A DNA stretch of 64,000 bases, from the NCBI GenBank assembly GCA_963674865.2, contig CAXXYE010000004.1, forward strand, positions 224,001 to 288,000, given 5' to 3'. Positions 57,500 through 64,000 of the stretch are shown here, piece by piece. A model generated the notes under the pieces. It was not told where the DNA came from and searched no databases. It saw only the letters and a list, made by a program, of their open reading frames with translations. Origin of the DNA: Candidatus Hydrogenedentota bacterium. GTDB taxonomy: Bacteria; Hydrogenedentota; Hydrogenedentia; Hydrogenedentales; SLHB01. The translations under genes were made by a program, and so were the position numbers. Numbering within the stretch: the first letter of the stretch is position 1; each line of letters begins with the position of its first letter.

Positions 57500-59542
57500 C
57501 TACACCTCCGAGTGGCCCGGCGCTCCGTTATCGGAGACGGGCAGCGTGATCGTGAATGTGGTTCCCTTCCCGACCTCGCTTCGGGCCTTGATATCTCCCG
57601 AATGCATCTTAACAATACCGTAGGCTATGGCCAAGCCGAGGCCGGTGCCCTGGCCGATCTCCTTGGTCGTGAAGAAGGGCGTGAAGAGTTTGGCTATGTG
57701 CTCCTCAGGAATTCCCACGCCGTTGTCGGAGACTTCAAGGGCGACGCATCGCTCGCTCTCCGGCCAGGCCCGGACTTGTACTACACCACCCGCGCCATCG
57801 ATTGCATCGAGACCGTTCCCAACGAGGTTAATGAGCATCTGCTTTACCTGGTCGCCGTCGATCATCATGACGGGCAGGTCGTTCTTCACGGAGAAGTCCA
57901 GAACCACTTCATGCTGCTTGGCCTTCGGGGCCATGACGACTCTAACCTCTTCGAGCACACGCGTCAGGTCCGTGGCGGCCTTCGATATGCGTGACTGACG
58001 GGCAAAGTCCAATAGCCCCCTCACGATCTTCTTGCAGCGATCGGCCTCCTTGACAACCATCAGGAGATCGGTCCGTTTGGGATCATCTTCTTGAAGCTGC
58101 TTGAGAAGCATGTGCGAGTAGATCAAAACGGTTCCGAGCGGATTATTAATCTCGTGGGCGACGCCGGCGGAAAGCTGTCCCATGGAGGCGAGGCGTTCGG
58201 TTTGTACCAAGCGTTGCTGCGCTGAAGCCAGCTTCACGTGGGAGTTCTGAAGGCTTTCGCAGGTCTGCTGGAGTTCCTCGATGAGATAGGGGAGACACAT
58301 CTGCGGCTCGGCGAGTCCCTGCCACACCGCAATGGCCTTTTCCCGGCAGGTGGGATAACCGCAGGCTCCGCAGTTCAGTTGGTCCTCCGGACGGAGCTTG
58401 CGCATGCTCGCAAGTGTCTGCTCGATCTCTTCCTCGGAGGGCTCGGTGAGCTCGATATTCTGGGCGGTGAAATAGCGCCCCATGTCCAAGTCTGCGAATT
58501 CGGCCATGCCCTCGACGAGATCGCGTTGTGCCGTATACCTGCCTTGGACATTGACGAAGTCAACGACGCGTTCTTTTCGGACGAGCATGCTGAGGTCGTT
58601 GGCCATTTTCGGCCCACTGATGCAACCTTCACAGAAGAGAATGTCGAAGCATCGCGCTTTGCTTCTTCCTGTGACGAGCTCTTTTAGGACGGCCAGAGCG
58701 CGGTCTTTCCCGTCCGTCATCACGATTTCGCTTTCGAGAATGTCCGCTCCGAGGCCGGCCGTTTTGAGGAGGCCACCGGTGATGGGAAAGGTCCGGCCGA
58801 AGTAGCACCGCGGGCTGTCGAAGCCGCTCTCGGTCATCTCGGTCGCGTCGAGCCCATCGGCTTCGAGCATACGCCCGAGTTCCGGGAAGGTGAGAACCGC
58901 GTCGACGCAGCCAGCTACCGCGGGCTTCCGCATTTCGTTTTTCTTGGCGATACAAGGTCCGATGAAGACGACGGCTGCGTCGGGGCAGCGTTTGCGAACA
59001 GCGCGGGCGGTCGCCACCATGGGCGATACGACGGGGGCAAGCACGTCGAGCAGCTCGGGCATGTATTTCTCGACGTAGGCCACGATGGCGGGGCACGCCG
59101 TCGCGACGACCTTTGCCCCCGTACGCTCGGACTCGTGGAAGAGCCTGGTGTACTCGCGGGAGACGAGCTCCGCGCCAAACGCGACTTCCCAGACGGCGTG
59201 AAAGCCGAGCGCGCGCACGGCCGCGACTACCTGGCCGGGGCTGAGGTCGCTGAAGGCCGCCGGGAAGGACGGGGCTAGGCAGGCGAACACGGGTTTGTCA
59301 CCGGCAAGAAGCTGCCGGACCTCGACGGTGCTATCCTGGATGTGCTTTGCCTTTTGGGCGCAGACCTTTACGCAGTTTCCGCATGCGATGCAGCGGTTCT
59401 CAATCACCACCGCCTGGCCTTCTTCAACCTTGATGGCCTTTGCGGGGCATTCGCGCACACAGGTATAGCATCGCCGACACTTCTCGGGGATAGTCGAGAT
59501 TACCGGGGGGCGGTTTTCTGCTTCGGAACCGGGGCCTTTCAT
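57500..59542 (-). CDS. Sensory (group C-type) [FeFe]-hydrogenase domain fused to a histidine kinase
   Basis: 2x[4Fe-4S] motifs; H-cluster-like motifs TACP, GPCIAKKNE and FCEGCISG; FeS domain CGACGYPTC...C; H box AHEINNPL; HATPase. Confidence 0.9.
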   Translation of the reverse strand: MKGPGSEAENRPPVISTIPEKCRRCYTCVRECPAKAIKVEEGQAVVIENRCIACGNCVKVCAQKAKHIQDSTVEVRQLLAGDKPVFACLAPSFPAAFSDLSPGQVVAAVRALGFHAVWEVAFGAELVSREYTRLFHESERTGAKVVATACPAIVAYVEKYMPELLDVLAPVVSPMVATARAVRKRCPDAAVVFIGPCIAKKNEMRKPAVAGCVDAVLTFPELGRMLEADGLDATEMTESGFDSPRCYFGRTFPITGGLLKTAGLGADILESEIVMTDGKDRALAVLKELVTGRSKARCFDILFCEGCISGPKMANDLSMLVRKERVVDFVNVQGRYTAQRDLVEGMAEFADLDMGRYFTAQNIELTEPSEEEIEQTLASMRKLRPEDQLNCGACGYPTCREKAIAVWQGLAEPQMCLPYLIEELQQTCESLQNSHVKLASAQQRLVQTERLASMGQLSAGVAHEINNPLGTVLIYSHMLLKQLQEDDPKRTDLLMVVKEADRCKKIVRGLLDFARQSRISKAATDLTRVLEEVRVVMAPKAKQHEVVLDFSVKNDLPVMMIDGDQVKQMLINLVGNGLDAIDGAGGVVQVRAWPESERCVALEVSDNGVGIPEEHIAKLFTPFFTTKEIGQGTGLGLAIAYGIVKMHSGDIKARSEVGKGTTFTITLPVSDNGAPGHSEV

Positions 59543-59555
59543 CGTTTATAGTCCT

Positions 59556-61328
59556 CTAGACTCGCGTTCTCTCGCTATAGGCCGTGTGCAAGAGATGGTG
59601 TGACTTTTCGCCGAGAGGGGTGCCGAGGAACTCTTCATAGAGCTGTTTGATCTCGGGATTCTCGTGGGACTTGCGCAGTTTCTTGCCTTCATCTTCACGG
59701 CAGATGGCGGCGATGCGCGCCTTGCGCACTTGATCCGTGGTTACTCGCGGTTGGCCGCCGCCGCCGATGCATCCGCCGGGACAGGTCATGATTTCGACGA
59801 AATGGTATTGGGCCTCGCCGCTTCGGATGCGCTCGATAACCTTGCGCGCGTTACCGAGGCCGTGCGCCACGGCGACATTGAGGGCAACGCCGTCGAGGAA
59901 GGCCCATTCCGGAAGCGGGTCCTGGATGGTGAGCGACGCTTCTTTGATGCCGTCCAATCCGGCGATGGGCTCAACGCGCAGGCTGTCGAAGGGCAGTTCC
60001 CTGCCTGTGACGAGTTCATAAGCGGTGCGGAGGGCGGCTTCCATTACGCCGCCGGTGTTGGCGAAGATATCGGCGGCGCCGCTGGACATTCCGATGGGGG
60101 CGTCCATGGTGTCATCGGGCAGGGAGTCGAAGGCGACGCCTGCTTGCTTGATCATGCGCCCAAGCTCTCGGGTGGTAAGCACGATATCTACATCGCGCAC
60201 GCCGCTGTCGTCCATCTCGGGGCGCTGGGCTTCGAACTTCTTCGCTGTGCATGGCATCACGGAGACGACGACAATGTCGTCGGGATCTTTGTTGATCTTC
60301 TTAGCGTAGTAGGTCTTGGCAATCGCGCCGAACATCTGCTGGGGAGACTTGCACGTGGAGACGTTGTCCAGCATGTCGGGATGGAAGTACTCGATGAACT
60401 TGATCCAGCCGGGTGAACAACTCGTGAATTGTGGAAGCGCAACGGGCTGCTGATCGACCAGGGCTGTCTTAAGGCGGCTAAGGAGCTCGGAGCCCTCTTC
60501 CATGATCGTCAGATCCGCGGCGAAATTGGTGTCGAATACCGCGTCGAATCCCAAGCGGCGAAGGGCGGAAACCATCTTCCCGGTGACGAGTGTCCCCGGC
60601 GGATAGCCGAAGCATTCTCCGAGGGCCGCTCGAATGGCCGGCGCGGTCTGCACGACGACGTGCTTGTTCGGATTGTCAAGGGCGGCCCATACTTCGGCGA
60701 TTTCGTCCTTCTCGCTGATGGCGCCGACGGGGCATACGGCGGCGCACTGGCCGCACTGGACGCAGACGACATCGGCGAGGTCGTTACAGAAGGCGGGGCC
60801 TATCACCGTATCGAATCCGCGGTTCTGAGGGAAGAGTCCGCCTACGCCCTGCACTTCGCCGCATACGGTTACGCATCGGCGGCAGAGGACGCACTTGGCG
60901 GAGTCGCGGATGAGCGCCGGTGTACTGTCGTCCACGAAGCGCCGGCTCTTCTCACCGGTGTAGGTTATTTCCCGGATTCCGAGATCGCGGGCGAGGGTTT
61001 GTAGTTCACAGTCCTCGTTGCGATCGCAGGTCTGACAGTCGCCGTCGTGGTCGGAGAGCAGAAGCTCGACGACGGTTCGGCGCGCCTCACGTGCGCGCTT
61101 GCTGTTGGTGAATACCTTCATCCCGTCCGTGGCCGGCGTCGCGCACGAGGCCACGAGCGCCCTGGCGCCCTCGACCTCGACGAGGCAGACGCGGCAGGCG
61201 CCGATGGCTTGGGCGCCCTCCATATAGCACAGCGTAGGGATGGTGACGCCGGCGAGCTCGGCAGCCTTGAGGATGGTGGTCCCCTCCGAGACTTCGACGG
61301 TGATATTGTCGACAGTCAATGTCGGCAT
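59556..61328 (-). CDS. hydA: [FeFe]-hydrogenase catalytic subunit (multimeric group A3 type)
   Basis: [2Fe-2S], His-ligated [4Fe-4S] and 2x[4Fe-4S] motifs. L1 FTSCSPGW, L2 MPCTAKKFE, L3 EIMTCPGGCIGGGGQP. AAAGGAG RBS. Confidence 0.95.
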   Translation of the reverse strand: MPTLTVDNITVEVSEGTTILKAAELAGVTIPTLCYMEGAQAIGACRVCLVEVEGARALVASCATPATDGMKVFTNSKRAREARRTVVELLLSDHDGDCQTCDRNEDCELQTLARDLGIREITYTGEKSRRFVDDSTPALIRDSAKCVLCRRCVTVCGEVQGVGGLFPQNRGFDTVIGPAFCNDLADVVCVQCGQCAAVCPVGAISEKDEIAEVWAALDNPNKHVVVQTAPAIRAALGECFGYPPGTLVTGKMVSALRRLGFDAVFDTNFAADLTIMEEGSELLSRLKTALVDQQPVALPQFTSCSPGWIKFIEYFHPDMLDNVSTCKSPQQMFGAIAKTYYAKKINKDPDDIVVVSVMPCTAKKFEAQRPEMDDSGVRDVDIVLTTRELGRMIKQAGVAFDSLPDDTMDAPIGMSSGAADIFANTGGVMEAALRTAYELVTGRELPFDSLRVEPIAGLDGIKEASLTIQDPLPEWAFLDGVALNVAVAHGLGNARKVIERIRSGEAQYHFVEIMTCPGGCIGGGGQPRVTTDQVRKARIAAICREDEGKKLRKSHENPEIKQLYEEFLGTPLGEKSHHLLHTAYSERTRV

Positions 61329-61382
61329 ACTTCCTAAACTCCTCTTTATGTTTCCGTTGCCTTCGGACGACATCCAAGGGCG

Positions 61383-64000
61383 CTAGGCCTGCAGATTCGT
61401 CTCGACTCCGTAGTCGCAGCGAAGGCAGCGGCATGCCTCGCGCAGGGCCGTTTTTTCCTCGAAGGGCAATTCCACTTCATTGAAATTCTCTCGGCGTTTT
61501 GCAATGGGAAGCAGCTTGATGCATGCGCGTGGGGCCTCCGATGGCTCCGCATCGGGGTCGAAGGAAGTGTCGACTTCGTAAGGCATGCGCCAGAAGGCGT
61601 GCTCCTCGTTGGTCAGGTACTTATCAATGCCGACGGCGGCGCGTTCACCGGCGCCGACGGCTTCGACGACGGAAGACGGCCCGCGCGCGGCATCGCCGCC
61701 CGCAAAGAGCCATTCCACCGAGGTCTGGCCTGTGAGCCGGTCGGACCACACGAAGTTCCATGAGGTCAGCTCAACGTCAAGGCCGTCGAGGACTGATTCA
61801 AGGTCCAACTTCTGCCCGATGGCGGCGATGACTTGGTCGCCTTCTTCGACAAAGGTGCGGCCTTCGCACGCCTCGGGGCGTCTGCGGCCGCTCCTATCGA
61901 ACTCGCCGAGAGCCATGTGGCTGCACAGTACGCCGGTGACGCGCCCGTTCTCGACGACGATCTCGCTCGGCGAGACGAGCATCTTGAGAAGAACGCCTTC
62001 ATGCTCGGCCTCTTCGACCTCTTCGGCATAGGCGGGCATTTCCTCGCGGGTGCGCCGGTACAGGATGGTCACGGATGATGCGCCCAGCCGGACGGCGGTG
62101 CGGGCGGCGTCCACGGCGGCGTTTCCGCCACCGATAACGATGACCTTCTTGCCAACGGGCACCGAACCGCGCAGGTTGTACTCGCGAAGGAAGCGAATGG
62201 CGTCGGTGACGCCTTGGGCATCTTCGTTAGGGATGCCTAGGCGGGTGCCGTGGGGGGCGCCCACGCCGAGGAATACCGCGTCATATCCGTCTTCGCGCAA
62301 ACCGTTCAAGGTGAAGTCGTGTCCGAGGCGCATGCCGGTTTCGATATCTACGCCGAGGCGTTCGATCATACGGATCTCGCGAGCGAGTTCTTCGCGCGGG
62401 AGGCGGTACGCGGGAATGGTCTGGACGAGCATTCCGCCCGGACGCGGCTCGGCCTCGAATACCGTGGGGCGGTAGCCTAGACGCGCGAGGAAATAGGCGC
62501 AGGAGAGTCCGGCCGGGCCCGCGCCGATGACGGCGATTTTTCGTTGGGCGTTTTTCTCGTTGTCGCGGACGTCGGGAAGCTGGATCGTCACTTCCTGTTC
62601 GACGAGGTAGCGCTTGAGGCCACGGATGGAGACGGCGTCATCCAGCGTGGAGCGTCGGCACTTGTCCTCGCAGGTATGGAAGCAGACGCGGGCGCATACC
62701 GACGCGAAGGGATTCCGGTTGCGATGGAGTCGAAGGGCTTCGGCATAGCGCTTCTCGGCGATGAGTGAGACGAAGCCTGGAATATTGACGTTTGCGGGGC
62801 AGGCGCTGATGCAAGGGGCGCGCACCAGGGCGGGGCACACGCCCGCCGGGCAGCGCTTCTCTCGGATGTGCGCCTCGAACTCGTCCCGGAAATGGCGGAT
62901 GGCCGACAGCACGGGATTGGCCGCGGTTTGGCCCAAGCCGCACAGGGCCGTGTCCTTGATCTGGTTTCCAAGGGTGATGAGGCGTTCGATGTCGCCCTCT
63001 TCACCTTTGCCTTCACAGATTCGCGTGACAATCTCCAGCATGCGTTTGGTGCCTATCCGGCAGGGAACGCACTTGCCGCATGACTCGTCCTGCACGAAGT
63101 CGAGGAAGTAGCGGGCCATATCGACCATGCACGTATCCTCGTCCATGACGATGAGTCCGCCGGAGCCCATGATGGCCCCGAGTTCATTGAGGGATTCGTA
63201 GTCAACCGGCACGTTCAGGTACTGCTTGGGTATGCAGCCGCCGGAGGGGCCGCCAATCTGCGCGGCTTTGAATGCCTTACCTTTGGGGATGCCTCCGCCG
63301 ATGTCGTAGATGATTTCCCCGAGCGCGGTGCCGACGGGCACCTCAACGAGGCCGGTGTTGTTGACGGCGCCCGCGAGCGCAAAGACCTTCGTCCCTTTGC
63401 TCTTCTCGGTTCCGAAGGTGCTGTACCAGTCGGCGCCCCTCTGGATAATGACGGGGATGTTTGCGTAGGTTTCGACATTATTGAGGAGGCTGGGCTTTTC
63501 CCAGAGGCCTTTGACGGCCGGGAATGGGGGACGGGGGCGGGGCTCGCCGCGCTTGCCCTCGACAGAGCGCATCAAGGCGGTTTCCTCACCGCAGACAAAG
63601 GCCCCTGATCCCATCCGGATCTCGAGGTCGAAACTGAAGTCTGCTCCGAGGATATTCTGCCCAAGGAGTCCGTATTCCCTCGCTTGGGCGATGGCGTTTT
63701 CGAGGCGCTCAACGGCCAGGGGATATTCGGCGCGGACGTAGATGAATCCCTGGCTCGCACCGACGGCGTATCCCGCGATGGCCATGGCCTCGATGACGCT
63801 GTGCGGATCGCCTTCGAGGACGCTGCGATCCATGAACGCGCCCGGATCGCCCTCATCGCCATTGCAGAGGACATACTTCGTGTCGCCCGGCGCCTTGCGC
63901 GTGAAGCTCCACTTCAGGCCGGTGTTGAAGCCGGCGCCGCCGCGCCCGCGCAGTCCGGAGCGTTTGACTTCGTCAATGACTTGGTCAGGACTCATCTCCG
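61383..64000 (-). CDS. HydB/NuoF-like flavoprotein fused to a GltD-like FAD/FeS oxidoreductase domain (5' end outside the window)
   Basis: [30 protein letters not shown] and [12 protein letters not shown], then [35 protein letters not shown] and RCLRC. Confidence 0.92.
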   Translation of the reverse strand, partial: EMSPDQVIDEVKRSGLRGRGGAGFNTGLKWSFTRKAPGDTKYVLCNGDEGDPGAFMDRSVLEGDPHSVIEAMAIAGYAVGASQGFIYVRAEYPLAVERLENAIAQAREYGLLGQNILGADFSFDLEIRMGSGAFVCGEETALMRSVEGKRGEPRPRPPFPAVKGLWEKPSLLNNVETYANIPVIIQRGADWYSTFGTEKSKGTKVFALAGAVNNTGLVEVPVGTALGEIIYDIGGGIPKGKAFKAAQIGGPSGGCIPKQYLNVPVDYESLNELGAIMGSGGLIVMDEDTCMVDMARYFLDFVQDESCGKCVPCRIGTKRMLEIVTRICEGKGEEGDIERLITLGNQIKDTALCGLGQTAANPVLSAIRHFRDEFEAHIREKRCPAGVCPALVRAPCISACPANVNIPGFVSLIAEKRYAEALRLHRNRNPFASVCARVCFHTCEDKCRRSTLDDAVSIRGLKRYLVEQEVTIQLPDVRDNEKNAQRKIAVIGAGPAGLSCAYFLARLGYRPTVFEAEPRPGGMLVQTIPAYRLPREELAREIRMIERLGVDIETGMRLGHDFTLNGLREDGYDAVFLGVGAPHGTRLGIPNEDAQGVTDAIRFLREYNLRGSVPVGKKVIVIGGGNAAVDAARTAVRLGASSVTILYRRTREEMPAYAEEVEEAEHEGVLLKMLVSPSEIVVENGRVTGVLCSHMALGEFDRSGRRRPEACEGRTFVEEGDQVIAAIGQKLDLESVLDGLDVELTSWNFVWSDRLTGQTSVEWLFAGGDAARGPSSVVEAVGAGERAAVGIDKYLTNEEHAFWRMPYEVDTSFDPDAEPSEAPRACIKLLPIAKRRENFNEVELPFEEKTALREACRCLRCDYGVETNLQA

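Overview
GC-rich bacterial chromosomal window, probably from an anaerobic glycan degrader. The gene content resembles Hydrogenedentota or Planctomycetota, but this is inference only. From left to right it contains: (1) the 3' end of an EEP-family phosphoesterase; (2) a 151-bp MITE nested in a REP-like hairpin; (3) a minus-strand run of GH38, DHS-like protein, GmhA-like isomerase, VIT1 protein and FAD oxidoreductase, followed by a membrane protein and a methyltransferase; (4) a lower-GC cassette (~9.5-14.9 kb) with an ABC solute-binding protein, two permeases, no ATPase, an unknown 2TM protein and a methyltransferase; (5) alaS-ruvX-mltG; (6) an ECF sigma factor with a mosaic anti-sigma (ZAS, GspC-like and pseudopilin-like modules); (7) an ABC-F ATPase, two GT4 glycosyltransferases and a large unknown protein; (8) a phosphoesterase-hisB-hisH-Usp-HDOD run; (9) a Tat-exported sulfatase, an IS200-type element and tRNA-Arg(TCT); (10) a block of glycan-active genes; (11) at the right end, a multimeric [FeFe]-hydrogenase (HydB/NuoF fused to a GltD-like FAD domain, plus HydA) followed by a sensory [FeFe]-hydrogenase-histidine kinase, a stand-alone receiver and a hybrid kinase. 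The strongest candidates for undescribed biology are the H2-sensing phosphorelay with the fused hydrogenase, the mosaic anti-sigma and the ATPase-less low-GC cassette. Three single-base homopolymer frameshifts in the first 2.5 kb suggest local sequencing errors. All calls come from reading motifs by eye; no searches were run.
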